Positions 1-10,218 of a stretch of DNA of 44,242 bases are shown piece after piece; the stretch's first letter is position 1, and each line of letters begins with the position of its first letter. A program made the translations under genes and the position numbers. Source of the DNA: a virus; IMG/VR virus record IMGVR_UViG_3300045988_084446, positions 1-44,242 of that record, one strand, 5' to 3'. Under the pieces are notes generated by a model. That model ran no database searches. It was not told the origin of the DNA and saw only the letters and a list, made by a program, of their open reading frames with translations.

Positions 1-327
1 CGCGTTGTCAAAGAGCTTGCACGGATTGCCTTTGCAAACATAGCAGACTACCTACATGTTGAGACGCAAACGCGTACGAAAGACGATGGTACTGAGGTCA
101 CATATCAGACAGTTATGTTCAGTGAGACACAAGAACTCTCTGCCGATCAGCGTGCTGCACTCGCGGTTGTTAAGCAGAGCGTAAATGGTTTCGAACTAAA
201 GCTGCATGACAAGATCAAGGCCCTTGAGCTCTTAGGGAGGCATATCGGTATGTTTAACGATAAGTTGTCGCTCAGCGGTACAGACGGCGGACCATTGACG
301 TTCCGATGGGAGGGCAAGGATGGCTGA
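1..327 (+). CDS. terS: Terminase small subunit, C-terminal part. Continuation of 43987..44242; about 175 aa in total
   Basis: Frame 1 is open from position 1 to the TGA at 325-327. Bases 1..55 are identical to 44188..44242 and the codon phase is preserved across the junction. Confidence 0.75.
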   Translation, partial: RVVKELARIAFANIADYLHVETQTRTKDDGTEVTYQTVMFSETQELSADQRAALAVVKQSVNGFELKLHDKIKALELLGRHIGMFNDKLSLSGTDGGPLTFRWEGKDG

Positions 328-1648
328 GATTGTAATACCATATACGCCCCGCCCGATATGGAGAGATACGATTCATCCTGCGCTCACTGCAAATCGTTTC
401 GCGGTGCTCGTCTGTCATAGACGTTTCGGCAAGACGGTCGGCACGGTCAATGAGATGATACGTAAGGCGATACTCAATGACAAAAAGGCACCTGTATATG
501 CCTATGTTGCGCCATACCGCAATCAGGCGAAGCGCGTTGCGTGGGAATACCTGAAATACTATACCAATCCAATACCGGGGCGCGCCGTGAATGAATCAGA
601 GCTCTATATCGAACTGCCGACACGGCATGCAAGATCACCGGGCGCAAGGCTCTATATCATCGGCGCAGATCATCCCGATGCGCTCCGTGGTATCTATCTT
701 GACGGGGTAATCCTTGACGAGTACGCGGATATCAAGCCGGAGCTCTGGGGCGGGGTAATCCGTCCTGCGCTTGCAGATCGCGAAGGATGGGCGGTATTCA
801 TTGGGACGCCGAAGGGGCAGAATCAGTTTTACGAGATGTACCAACACGCGGAGAAATCGGCGGGTTGGTACTCTTGCATTTACAGGGCAGACGAAACGGG
901 CGTGCTTCCCCCGGAAGAACTCAAGGATATGCAGGCGCAGATGACAGAGATGGAGATTCGGCAAGAGCTCCTCTGTGACTTCACGGCGTCGGCGTCTGAT
1001 GTGGTTATCCCGATTGATCTTGTCACGGCCGCCGCAAACAGGCTGCTCAAGGATGATGATGTGCTCGGGCAGCCTGTGATTCTCGGTGTTGATGTAGCAC
1101 GATTTGGCGATGACAGGACGGTGCTCTGTATCCGTCAAGGGCTGTGGCTCAAAGATATTCGTACGTTCCAAGGGCTCTCCACAATGGAGACTGCAAGCCG
1201 TGTGATCGATTGCATTAACCAGTATCATCCGCATGCGACGTTTGTGGATGCAGGAGCGATGGGGGCAGGTGTGATTGATCGTCTGCGGCAGCTGCGCTAT
1301 CAGGTGTCGGAGGTCAATTTCGGTGAGATGGCAATGGATGCGCAGCGTTATGCCAATATCCGCGCGGAGATGTATTTTAAGTGCCGCTCATGGCTGGAGG
1401 CGGGCGGTGCAATTCCGCAGAATGCAGAGCTCAAGACAGAGCTCTCAACGGTAGAGTACAAATTTAACCCGACCGGGCGGATCATCCTTGAGCCCAAAGA
1501 CAAGCTCAAGGAGCGTACAGGAAAGAGCCCTGACCTTGCAGATGGCTTTGTCTTGACGTTCGCCCGGCCGGTTTATATAAATCCGTCTGCTGGAGGAATC
1601 GGAGATGATGATTTCGAGGCAGAATATGATCCGTTCGCGGATATGTAA
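320..1648 (+). CDS. terL: Terminase large subunit
   Basis: 442 aa with a Walker-A-like motif VLVCHRRFGKTV and a C-terminal nuclease-like region. Lies directly after TerS with an ATGGCTGA overlap and has an RBS. Confidence 0.8.
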   Translation: MAEIVIPYTPRPIWRDTIHPALTANRFAVLVCHRRFGKTVGTVNEMIRKAILNDKKAPVYAYVAPYRNQAKRVAWEYLKYYTNPIPGRAVNESELYIELPTRHARSPGARLYIIGADHPDALRGIYLDGVILDEYADIKPELWGGVIRPALADREGWAVFIGTPKGQNQFYEMYQHAEKSAGWYSCIYRADETGVLPPEELKDMQAQMTEMEIRQELLCDFTASASDVVIPIDLVTAAANRLLKDDDVLGQPVILGVDVARFGDDRTVLCIRQGLWLKDIRTFQGLSTMETASRVIDCINQYHPHATFVDAGAMGAGVIDRLRQLRYQVSEVNFGEMAMDAQRYANIRAEMYFKCRSWLEAGGAIPQNAELKTELSTVEYKFNPTGRIILEPKDKLKERTGKSPDLADGFVLTFARPVYINPSAGGIGDDDFEAEYDPFADM

Positions 1649-1669
1649 TGTTCGAAAGGAGGAATGCAT

Positions 1670-1906
1670 ATGCAGTTTGATCTGCAGTTGTTTGGTGGCA
1701 GTGGTGGCGGAAGCTCGTCTCCGCCGGTTAAGACTAGTGCCCCGGGCTCTACCGCTGCGGCTACGATTGACAGCGCTACGGCGGGAGAACGTCAGTCCAT
1801 CCATGACAAGCTTGCCAAGGCAAGGGGGCGCGCGTCGACGGATAAGACAGGTGGTATGTTTGGCGACATGATGGGGAGCATCAAAAAGGCTCTGTTGGGT
1901 GAGTGA
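1670..1906 (+). CDS. Hypothetical small protein, Gly/Ser-rich
   Basis: ORF with AAAGGAGG 7 nt upstream of the ATG at 1670. Sits between TerL and the portal gene. Confidence 0.45.
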   Translation: MQFDLQLFGGSGGGSSSPPVKTSAPGSTAAATIDSATAGERQSIHDKLAKARGRASTDKTGGMFGDMMGSIKKALLGE

Positions 1907-3615
1907 TCGCTATGGCACAAATGCCAAAAGCAATACAAGAGATACTGCGTGACAGTGACGCAATCCGCCGAAAGAAAAACATTGTCGCACAGATGATGAC
2001 GGAGCGAACGCAGTTTGAATCCACGTGGAAACAGCTCAGCAAGTATATCAATCCGACACGCGGACGCTTCGACGATGAGGACAAGACGCAGGACGGCAAA
2101 CGCCGTGATTACTGTTTGCTTGACCCATACCCGATGGAGGCAAGCGGGAAGTGTGCAGCAGGTCTGCATTCCGGGCTTACATCGCCGTCACGCCCGTGGT
2201 TTGCGCTCGGCCTGCAGGACAAGGAACTTGCGGAATATCACACAGTCAAGCTCTGGCTTGAGGAGTGTCAAGATGTTCTGATGGGTATTTATGCCAAGAG
2301 CAACATCTACAACATGCTGCTCAATATCGAGGCCGAACTTACGCAGTTTGGCACAGGCGCGGCACTCCTCCTTGAGGACTTCAACACAGGCGTCTGGGCC
2401 CGTCCCTACACTTGCGGTGAGTACGCAGGGAATGTGGATGCGCGCGGGCGTGTCGTACAGTTCGCGCGCAAGTTCAAACTCAATGCATGGCAGATGGTAG
2501 ATGAGTTCGGCGAGGATGTTGTAAGTGACGCTGTGCGCAATGCTTACCGCGCGAAAAACCTCAAAGACTATTTCCCTGTAACCATGCTGATCGAGAAGAA
2601 TGCGGACTATAAGCCGGATTCAAATGCGCTGCTGAATTTCAAATATAAATCCTATTACTTCGAGGATTCGCAGACAGATGTGTTTCTGAAAGTCAGTGGC
2701 TATCACGAGATACCGTTTCTGATGCCGCGCTGGACGGTCGTCGCCAATGGTATTTATGGCGTCGGTCCTGGGCATAACGCACTCGGTAACTGTATGCAGC
2801 TACAGAAGATCGAGAAGATTAACTCGCGCCTTTTGGAGCATCGTTCTGATCCTGCGTTGATCGTCCCTTCCTCTGTAGGCAAGGTCAATCGGCTTCCGGG
2901 CAAACAAACCCTTGTGCCGGATAGTCTCATCAATGGGATTCGGCCGCTCTATGAGGCGACAGGTGATCGCGGAGAGGTCTTGCAGACAATTCAGTATAAG
3001 CAGCAACAAATTGGGGCTGCTTTTTTTAATGACCTTTTTGTGATGCTTGCACAGCAGGACAATCCGCAGATGACGGCGCGGGAAGTCGCGGAGCGGCATG
3101 AAGAAAAGCTGTTGATGCTCTCTCCCGTATTGGAACAAATGCACAATGAGGTTCTTGCGCCTCTCACGCGGAGAGCGTTTGAGATTTGCTATCGCAACGG
3201 TCTTTTGCCTCCCTTGCCGGAGGAGCTCCAAGGGCAAGAGGAGAGCATCAAGGCCGAGTTTATTTCGCTCCTTGCACAGGCGCAGAAGGCTGTTGGGACA
3301 AACGCGATGGAGAAAACCCTTGCGATTGCAGGAAATCTCATGGGCGCGTCGCCTGAGATCATGGACAACCTTGATCTTGATGCGGCGATTCGCGAGCATG
3401 CACAGATGTCCGGCACGCCAGAGACAATCATGCGGGACGAGCAGGATGTGCAAAAGATACGTCAGCAACGCGCACAGCAGATGCAGCAGGAACAGCAGAT
3501 GCAGCAGGCTGCGGCAATGGCAAAACCGCTCAGAGACAGCGTAGAGGCGGCAAGGCTCCTCTCGGAAACACCCGTCAATGAGAATACGATTGGCAGCATT
3601 TTAGGAGGTGGATGA
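1903..3615 (+). CDS. Portal (head-to-tail connector) protein, T7 gp8-like
   Basis: 570 aa in the position after TerL. The Q/A/M-rich low-complexity C-terminal tail (QQRAQQMQQEQQMQQAAAMA) is typical of T7-type connector proteins. Start may be the ATG at 1912. Confidence 0.65.
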   Translation: MIAMAQMPKAIQEILRDSDAIRRKKNIVAQMMTERTQFESTWKQLSKYINPTRGRFDDEDKTQDGKRRDYCLLDPYPMEASGKCAAGLHSGLTSPSRPWFALGLQDKELAEYHTVKLWLEECQDVLMGIYAKSNIYNMLLNIEAELTQFGTGAALLLEDFNTGVWARPYTCGEYAGNVDARGRVVQFARKFKLNAWQMVDEFGEDVVSDAVRNAYRAKNLKDYFPVTMLIEKNADYKPDSNALLNFKYKSYYFEDSQTDVFLKVSGYHEIPFLMPRWTVVANGIYGVGPGHNALGNCMQLQKIEKINSRLLEHRSDPALIVPSSVGKVNRLPGKQTLVPDSLINGIRPLYEATGDRGEVLQTIQYKQQQIGAAFFNDLFVMLAQQDNPQMTAREVAERHEEKLLMLSPVLEQMHNEVLAPLTRRAFEICYRNGLLPPLPEELQGQEESIKAEFISLLAQAQKAVGTNAMEKTLAIAGNLMGASPEIMDNLDLDAAIREHAQMSGTPETIMRDEQDVQKIRQQRAQQMQQEQQMQQAAAMAKPLRDSVEAARLLSETPVNENTIGSILGGG

Positions 3616-3905
3616 TGGATTTAGTCGTTCTGGAGAACATCATGCGCCAGCCCGATGGGCGTCAATTTGTTTCAGAGTTGCTTGACCTCTGCGGAACAGG
3701 GCAGCACTACACGACCGGGAACGGCCGCGAGGATGCCTTTGTAAGCGGGCGGCTCTCTGTTGGTGATGAGATTCTGCGCCATATCCGCCTCATCAAATCT
3801 ACCAACGAATCAGAGGATGGACTTGCGCTCGAGTATCTGATGATGCGCGAGCAAAAGAGAAGATTGGAGGAATTAGAAGATGGACGAAACGACGACGATT
3901 ACTGA
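3615..3905 (+). CDS. Hypothetical protein
   Basis: ORF with AGGAGG 5 nt upstream of the second ATG. Confidence 0.4.
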   Translation: MDLVVLENIMRQPDGRQFVSELLDLCGTGQHYTTGNGREDAFVSGRLSVGDEILRHIRLIKSTNESEDGLALEYLMMREQKRRLEELEDGRNDDDY

Positions 3906-4467
3906 GCCGGCAGGGGCAGATACACCGCCTGCCGCACCGCCGGAGACCCCGCCGAGCGATCCGCCTGTACAGCAGCCGGAAACGCAGGCTAAGCCGCCGG
4001 AGAATCCGTTCGGCTTTCAGCAAGATCCGGTTGTTCCGGAGGTGTACGAGTTCAACCTTCCGGAGGGGCTTACCGTTTCTGATGAGCAGAAGGAAGCGTT
4101 TTCGGCTATCGCAAAGGAAGCGAAGATGACACAGGAGCAGGCGAACAGTCTGCTCAAGATGCACGCTGACATTGTGATGGAGCAGCAGCGACAGGCGGAA
4201 GAGATCAAAAACCAGTGGATGAATGAGTGCGCCAAGCAGGGGCTCAATACACCAGAGAATCTTGCGGCGGCAAAGATCGCTGTGGATACGTTCGGCGGCG
4301 ACGATGCCATGAATGCGCTCATTGAATCCGGTGCCGCGTATCATCCGGCCGTGCAGGCATTCCTGCAGCGCATCGGTCATCTCTTGCAGGAGGACAATGC
4401 GCCGGATGGCAAGGCAGTAACACAGACGTCGGCAGCAGATTTGCTGTTTGCGAATAGTAAGTATTAA
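3880..4467 (+). CDS. Capsid scaffolding protein (putative)
   Basis: 195 aa. N-terminus is Pro/Ala/Glu-rich and low complexity, followed by a helical charged region. Lies between portal and major capsid. RBS GGAGG. Confidence 0.55.
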   Translation: MDETTTITEPAGADTPPAAPPETPPSDPPVQQPETQAKPPENPFGFQQDPVVPEVYEFNLPEGLTVSDEQKEAFSAIAKEAKMTQEQANSLLKMHADIVMEQQRQAEEIKNQWMNECAKQGLNTPENLAAAKIAVDTFGGDDAMNALIESGAAYHPAVQAFLQRIGHLLQEDNAPDGKAVTQTSAADLLFANSKY

Positions 4468-4485
4468 GAATTGGAGGAATAAAGA

Positions 4486-5472
4486 ATGAGTGATTGCGTA
4501 ACTTTGCAGGATTGGGCAGCGCGTTTTGGCGCGCAGGGACAGCTTGCACAGCAGAAGATTATCGAGCTGCAGAGCAAGACAAACCGCATCCTTGATGTGA
4601 TGCCGTTTAAGCAGTGCAACGAAAAGACGATGGAGACGGCGCTTGTACGTGCGGAGCTTCCGGATGTTGCATGGCGCATCATCAACAAGGGAACGAAGCC
4701 CGGCAAGTCCAAGAGCAAGACCGAATCCTTCACCTGTGGCGGCATGGAGGCACTTGCTGAGATCGATGAGAAGCTCATGCAGATCAACGGCAACAGTAAT
4801 TCGTGGAGGCTTTCGGAGAATGTCGCCTATCAGGAGGCGATGAATCAGAAGATGGCGACGACCTTCTTCTACGGCGATGAGAAAGTCAACCCCGCAGGAT
4901 TTACTGGGCTTTCTGCCTACTATTACAGCAAGACGGATCAGGACCGCATTTGGGCGGACCAGATCATTGACGCAGGTGGCACTGGCAACGCGTTGACCTC
5001 GCTCTGGCTTGTCGGTTATGGTCAGGAGACGGTTTACGGCATTTTCCCCGAGGGGACGAGCGCGGGATTTAAGTATCGCGACAATGGGCGCGTCCAGATG
5101 GTTGACAAGGAAGGCGGCAAGTATTGGGGCTACCAGTCGCAGTACAACTGGGATATGGGGCTTTGCGTGCGTGACCCGCGCTATGTTGTGCGTGTTGCGA
5201 ACATCGATACCAGTCAGCTCGCGGGCACGGCCGCAGATGCGCTTGTCGATAATCTCATTCGCGCCTACAACCAGATCGAGAATCCCGATAAGTGTACGAT
5301 GGCATTCTTCGGCAATCGTGCGGTGCAGACCTATCTTGATATCCTCGCCTCGAAGAAGACGAATGTGCGTCTCTCTATTGACGAGTTTGCAGGGAAGAAG
5401 ATCACGCACTTCTGGGGCGTTCCGATTCTGCGCTGCGATGCGATTCTGAACACCGAGAGCAAGATTTCCTAA
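4486..5472 (+). CDS. Major capsid protein
   Basis: 328 aa in the scaffold-to-capsid position with a strong RBS TTGGAGGAATAAAGA-ATG. Followed by small genes and a rho-independent terminator, typical of a highly expressed capsid gene. Confidence 0.65.
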   Translation: MSDCVTLQDWAARFGAQGQLAQQKIIELQSKTNRILDVMPFKQCNEKTMETALVRAELPDVAWRIINKGTKPGKSKSKTESFTCGGMEALAEIDEKLMQINGNSNSWRLSENVAYQEAMNQKMATTFFYGDEKVNPAGFTGLSAYYYSKTDQDRIWADQIIDAGGTGNALTSLWLVGYGQETVYGIFPEGTSAGFKYRDNGRVQMVDKEGGKYWGYQSQYNWDMGLCVRDPRYVVRVANIDTSQLAGTAADALVDNLIRAYNQIENPDKCTMAFFGNRAVQTYLDILASKKTNVRLSIDEFAGKKITHFWGVPILRCDAILNTESKIS

Positions 5473-5485
5473 AGGAGGAACAACG

Positions 5486-5875
5486 ATGGCTTATATGGAT
5501 AATGAACTGATTTTCTGCAACGACGTTGCGACGGCGGCATCCGTTACGAGTTCGGTGCTTGACATCGGGCTTGGCGGTGCGTTTGTGCATCCCCTCTTTA
5601 TTGATGTCAAACTGAGCGCGCCGGTCACGTCCGGCAAGGTTGAGACGATTACGGTGCAGTCCTCGGCAACGCAGGCATTTGCATCGCCTGTTACCGAGAT
5701 GAGCGTGACGGTACCGGCCTCTGTTAATCAGACGAAGAAGGCGGCAACGCTTGCACAGTTCTATGCACCGATTCGGACGGGCAATCGCTATGTCCGTCTC
5801 GTGATCGCAGGAACGGCGCCTACGGGTGGAAAGCTTACGGCGTACATGAGTTCGGGGACGGCGGTGAATCTCTGA
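5486..5875 (+). CDS. Hypothetical head protein (possible decoration or minor capsid protein)
   Basis: ORF with RBS AAAGGAGG. Position only. Confidence 0.4.
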   Translation: MAYMDNELIFCNDVATAASVTSSVLDIGLGGAFVHPLFIDVKLSAPVTSGKVETITVQSSATQAFASPVTEMSVTVPASVNQTKKAATLAQFYAPIRTGNRYVRLVIAGTAPTGGKLTAYMSSGTAVNL

Positions 5876-6093
5876 TGATGTACCTTGTAAATACGACATG
5901 CCAGTTTAGGAACAGGCTGTACGAGAAGGGCGATACGATTGATCTTCCTGCGGAGGTGGAAGCGCCTCCGTATTTTGATGCGCTGGAAGAGGCTGCGCCT
6001 GATGCAGACAATACGCAGCCTGAAACGGTGGAATCTGTCGATGAGCCTGTAACGAACGAGATGGTCGCGGGAAAGAAAGGGCGCAAGAAATAA
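5875..6093 (+). CDS. Hypothetical acidic small protein
   Basis: ORF with a TGATG overlap with the preceding gene. Followed by a terminator. Confidence 0.35.
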   Translation: MMYLVNTTCQFRNRLYEKGDTIDLPAEVEAPPYFDALEEAAPDADNTQPETVESVDEPVTNEMVAGKKGRKK

Positions 6094-6098
6094 GGAGT

Positions 6099-6149
6099 GG
6101 GGCTGATGTGTGCAGGTGTTTTTGCCATGCGTCAGCCCTTTTTCTTTTA
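6099..6149 (+). terminator. Rho-independent terminator after the head genes
   Basis: GGGCTGATG ... CGTCAGCCC stem of 9 bp with one G-U, then TTTTTCTTTT. Confidence 0.7.
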
Positions 6150-6159
6150 AGGAGGTGGA

Positions 6160-6759
6160 ATGATGGATAAGATCGATGTCTGTAATCTTGCGCTTTCGCG
6201 GATTGGTATTGAAAACATTGAAACATTGGCAGAGGCGAGTGAACCTGCACGCGTGTGCGGTCAGTTCTATGACCATTGTCGCCGTGTTGTTTTGCGGAAA
6301 TATCCGTGGACGTGGGCCATGCGTCGCGTGCAGCTTGCAGAGCTTACAGATAAGCCGCCGGGATTTTTTTATGCGTATCGCTATCCTTCCGGTTGTGTTG
6401 CGCTGCGAAAACTCTATAATGCCTGTTTTAACAATATCCCTGCCTATACAGGGTATCAGATTATCGGCGACAAGTCGGGTCGTGTTATCTGTACGGATGC
6501 GGCAAATGCCTCGGCAGAGTATACGGCGGACATCGAGGATACAGGGCTCTTTGATGAGCAGTTTATTGAGGCACTTAGTTGGAAGCTGGCGGGAGCCATT
6601 GCATTTAAGCTGACGGGGAATGCACAGCTTCCGGGATACTGTGAGGAGCAGTATATGACGCTGTTCTTGGATGCTGTTGCCAACAACGAGGACGAGCAAA
6701 ACACAGAAGAAATAGAGCCGTATACACTTATCGCGGCACGATTCGGAGGGGATATTTGA
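6160..6759 (+). CDS. Tail tubular protein A / gatekeeper (T7 gp11-like)
   Basis: 199 aa against T7 gp11's 196 aa. N-terminal pattern NLALSRIGIENIETLAEASEPARVCGQFYDHCRRVVLRKYPWTW resembles gp11 NDILASIGEPPVSTLEG...ARRILNKINRQIQSRGWTF. Followed by a gp12-sized gene. Confidence 0.55.
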   Translation: MMDKIDVCNLALSRIGIENIETLAEASEPARVCGQFYDHCRRVVLRKYPWTWAMRRVQLAELTDKPPGFFYAYRYPSGCVALRKLYNACFNNIPAYTGYQIIGDKSGRVICTDAANASAEYTADIEDTGLFDEQFIEALSWKLAGAIAFKLTGNAQLPGYCEEQYMTLFLDAVANNEDEQNTEEIEPYTLIAARFGGDI

Positions 6760-9050
6760 TGGCAGGAGGTCAGATGTATCCACTCAAGCCTAGTTTTGCG
6801 GGCGGCGAGCTTACGCCGGCCCTCTATGGTCGAACGGATTTGCAGAAATATGACGTAGGCGCATCAAGGCTTGAGAACATGATTGTCCTGCGCTATGGCG
6901 GTGCGACACGTCGACCTGGCTTTCGCCATGTGGCAAAGACGCAGGACGGAAAGAAAGCCCGACTGATACCGTTTCAGTATTCGACGGATCAGAGTTATGT
7001 ACTTGAGTTCACGGCCGGATGTGTACGGGTATTTACGCAGAGAGGTATTGTTGTCAAAGACGGGGATCCGCTGACGATTCCGACCGAATACGCGGAAGCT
7101 GATCTCTCGGATATCAAATACACGCAGTCCGCTGATGTTCTCTTTCTCGTGCACGCCGATCATCCGCCGATGACGCTCACGCGTTACGGTGTGACAGATT
7201 GGAAACTTGAACGCATGGACATTACAGGGGGGCCCTTTGAAGATCCTAATACGAATGATGGACTGAAAATTGGCGCGTCCGATGTAAAGGGAGATATAAC
7301 GCTTGCTGCGAGCATTGACTATTTCTCAGATGATATGATCGGTTCCTTGATGCGGCTTGGCCATACGATGAGCGGCCAACTAAAGTCTGGGAATCCGCAA
7401 TCTGCGCCGCTCTCGGTTCGGTGTGCACCGGGAGGAACCGTCTATGTGGAATCGTTTGGATTCTGGAATGGCAGCTTTGTTGTGGAGAAGTATGATAAAT
7501 CTACTGGAACGTGGGTTGCACTCCAAGAACAGCATGCCAACCGCACACAGAACTATACCTTGAACTACACGAATAAAGGCGATGACATTGTAGATTATCG
7601 CGTGCGCAGCAATGCTTTTGATACTTCTGTATGGAGTAATGAGAACGAACGGCAGCGCGGCTATGTCACAATACAGACATTCGCGCAGGACTATTACGGT
7701 GTTGCGCGGATAACGTCTGTCACGTCAGGAAAGAGTGCTGCGGCAACGGTTGTTCGTGAGCTCGCGGATACGGATGCGACAAACGACTTTTCGCTCTCAG
7801 CATGGAGTGCAAAGAAAGGCTATCCGCAGGCGGTGAATTTTTTTGAAGATCGTCTTGTCTTTGCAGGGAGCAGAACGAAACCGCAGACCTATTGGGCATC
7901 GCAGTCGGGGGACTACTATAATTTCTGGGTTAACACGCCGCAGCAGGACAGCGACGCTATCACAGGCACGCTTTCGGGCGGTCAGATGAATGGTATTCGC
8001 GCGATTATCCCATTCGGGGAAATGCTCATGCTCACCTCCGGCGGAGAGTACAAAGTCGGCGGTGGGAATGAAGTGTTCACACCGACGAATCAAAAGGCAG
8101 AGCCGCAGGAGTATCGGGGCATCAACAATCTAACACCGGTTGTCATCGGCGGCCGCATTGTCTATGTGCAGCATCAGGGGAGCGTAATCCGCGATCTGAC
8201 TTATAGCTATGATGTGGATAAGTATACGGGAGATGATGTATCACTCCTTGCCGCGCACCTCTTTGAGGGGCATACCATCGTTGCGCTTGCCTACCAACAG
8301 ACACCGAACACTATTGTTTGGTGCGTTCGTGAGGATGGCGTTCTGCTCGGGATGACCTACATCAAAGAGCAGGATGTATATGCGTGGCACAAGCACAAGA
8401 CACTCGGAAATTTTGCGGATGTATGCACGATCTCTGGAAACAGGGAAGAAGAACTCTGGGCAATCGTTGAGCGGGACGGAGCACATTATGTCGAACAGAT
8501 GGGCTCACAGATACGCAACACATCACCGCGGGAACAGTTTTATGTAGACGCGGGGTATATCTATGAGGGCGCACCGAATAACGCGCTCACAGGACTTCTG
8601 TGGCTCTCTGACAAGGATGTGTCCGTGCTTGCCGATGGGAATGTCCTTGCGGATATGCGTGTGAATGAGAGTGGTGTTCTACAACTGCCGAAAGCGTTCA
8701 GCAAGATTACAGTTGGTTTGCCCTTTGAGAGCACGATTCAGACAATGCCAATTGAGTTCAGCGTGCAGGACGGCTCCTATATGGGGCGCAAGAAACGCGT
8801 CTCACGTATGACAATCCTCTTCCGCGATACACGCGGTGGGCTCTATGGCGTGGGGGAAAAGAGACTTGATGCGATCAAGTGGCGCAGCACTGAGAAGTAT
8901 GACAGCCCGATTGCACTTTACAGTGGGAAACGCCATGTCGTCATCCCGAGCGCAAGCTATGAGGATACAGTATATCTGACGATCAAGCAGACTGACCCGC
9001 TGCCGATGACGATCCTGTCCATTGTGCCGGAGGTGGAAGCGGGTGGCTAA
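6759..9050 (+). CDS. Tail tubular protein B / nozzle (T7 gp12-like)
   Basis: 764 aa against gp12's 794 aa. N-terminal LRYGGATRRPGF...QYSTDQSYVLEFTAGCVRVF parallels gp12 LRYPDQGSRQVNGW...EHEQYYAVFTNSGIRVF. Alternative start ATG at 6774. Confidence 0.6.
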   Translation: MAGGQMYPLKPSFAGGELTPALYGRTDLQKYDVGASRLENMIVLRYGGATRRPGFRHVAKTQDGKKARLIPFQYSTDQSYVLEFTAGCVRVFTQRGIVVKDGDPLTIPTEYAEADLSDIKYTQSADVLFLVHADHPPMTLTRYGVTDWKLERMDITGGPFEDPNTNDGLKIGASDVKGDITLAASIDYFSDDMIGSLMRLGHTMSGQLKSGNPQSAPLSVRCAPGGTVYVESFGFWNGSFVVEKYDKSTGTWVALQEQHANRTQNYTLNYTNKGDDIVDYRVRSNAFDTSVWSNENERQRGYVTIQTFAQDYYGVARITSVTSGKSAAATVVRELADTDATNDFSLSAWSAKKGYPQAVNFFEDRLVFAGSRTKPQTYWASQSGDYYNFWVNTPQQDSDAITGTLSGGQMNGIRAIIPFGEMLMLTSGGEYKVGGGNEVFTPTNQKAEPQEYRGINNLTPVVIGGRIVYVQHQGSVIRDLTYSYDVDKYTGDDVSLLAAHLFEGHTIVALAYQQTPNTIVWCVREDGVLLGMTYIKEQDVYAWHKHKTLGNFADVCTISGNREEELWAIVERDGAHYVEQMGSQIRNTSPREQFYVDAGYIYEGAPNNALTGLLWLSDKDVSVLADGNVLADMRVNESGVLQLPKAFSKITVGLPFESTIQTMPIEFSVQDGSYMGRKKRVSRMTILFRDTRGGLYGVGEKRLDAIKWRSTEKYDSPIALYSGKRHVVIPSASYEDTVYLTIKQTDPLPMTILSIVPEVEAGG

Positions 9051-9510
9051 GTTTACCTACCATGCGCCGACGGATGACGATCTCAGATATCTTGCCGCAC
9101 ATCTGCGCCCGGAGGATCGTCGCGAGATCGTCGGTATGACAGGACCAAATGTCGAAGCGGAGGTCATGCGCTGTTATTATAACAGTACGGCGGCGTACGC
9201 CTGTTACTGCGATGAGGTGATCATCTCGGCGTTCGGTGTCATTGAGACAAACCCGTTCCTGCGGCATGGTATCATCTGGATGCTTGCAACGGAGGAGACG
9301 GCAAAGCACAAAGTCTATACAGGAAAGAAGACGCGCGAAGGAATCCGCGCGTTTTTGCATGATTGGGAATATCTCTATAACTACGTCGACAAGGGGAATG
9401 ATGCGACGATTGCATGGCTCAGGTGGCTTGGCGCGGTCGTCCATGAACCACAGCCGATGGGCCTCTATGGACTTCCCTATCACCTGTTCGAGTTTTTCAA
9501 AAAGGAGTGA
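9022..9510 (+). CDS. Hypothetical virion/assembly protein (in the T7 gp13 position)
   Basis: 162-aa ORF. Likely starts at the GTG at 9043, which has GGAGG 9 nt upstream. No recognisable motif. Confidence 0.4.
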   Translation: MCRRWKRVAKFTYHAPTDDDLRYLAAHLRPEDRREIVGMTGPNVEAEVMRCYYNSTAAYACYCDEVIISAFGVIETNPFLRHGIIWMLATEETAKHKVYTGKKTREGIRAFLHDWEYLYNYVDKGNDATIAWLRWLGAVVHEPQPMGLYGLPYHLFEFFKKE

Positions 9511-9516
9511 TGATAT

Positions 9517-10203
9517 ATGGGTGTAGTGCCAATGGTGATTGGAACGCTCTTTACCTCATGGATGCAGGGGCGTGCGCAGCAGGCGCAGGCAGAAGCGGCC
9601 GCTCGGCAGTCCGAACAGAACGCGCAGATCGCGCAGATGAACGCCGATAAGGCACAGGAGACCGCAGAGCGACAAGATGAAAACAACAAGATCAATGTCG
9701 AGAATGAACGGCGTAGGGCGCTCCTGCGGATGGGACAGCAACGGGCGGCAATCGGAGCGAGCGGGGTCACTGCCTCGGGCAGTGCTGCGGCGGCTCTTGC
9801 GGATACAGGATATGCGATCAACGAGCAGACAGGCATGGGCCTCTACAATGGTCGTCAGCAGGTCGATAATATGCTGCAGCAGTCGACAGACTTTCAGAAT
9901 CAGTCCAATTTCCACAGTGCAAACGCACGCAATTATCGGGCCGCCGGCAAGCGTGCAATGATGAACAGTATGCTCACAGGCGCGTTCACTCTCGCGAGTA
10001 ATCTCTATACGGGCGTGAGTTCCGCAGCACAGGAGACCGCAGAGGCGGCAGGCACACAGGTTGGCTCGTTCGGCGGAAAGGATTGGAGCACGGGATTCCA
10101 CGGATGGGGCGGCAAGGACACGAGTTTCGGGCATCACATCGGAAATTATACCGCGCGTGGGTATGGGATACCGCGTCAGAGCACATTTTTTCAAATGAGA
10201 TAA
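9517..10203 (+). CDS. Internal virion protein (T7 gp14 analogue)
   Basis: 228 aa with an N-terminal hydrophobic segment and a Q/A-rich helical region. In the gp14 position. RBS AAAAGGAG. Confidence 0.45.
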   Translation: MGVVPMVIGTLFTSWMQGRAQQAQAEAAARQSEQNAQIAQMNADKAQETAERQDENNKINVENERRRALLRMGQQRAAIGASGVTASGSAAAALADTGYAINEQTGMGLYNGRQQVDNMLQQSTDFQNQSNFHSANARNYRAAGKRAMMNSMLTGAFTLASNLYTGVSSAAQETAEAAGTQVGSFGGKDWSTGFHGWGGKDTSFGHHIGNYTARGYGIPRQSTFFQMR

Positions 10204-10218
10204 GAGGAGGTTTGCTTC

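Noticed and set aside
3799-5409. 536-aa minus-strand ORF across the scaffold and capsid genes
   Set aside because: Antisense to well-supported, RBS-preceded + strand structural genes. It has no RBS and an Arg/Leu-rich, low-complexity translation.
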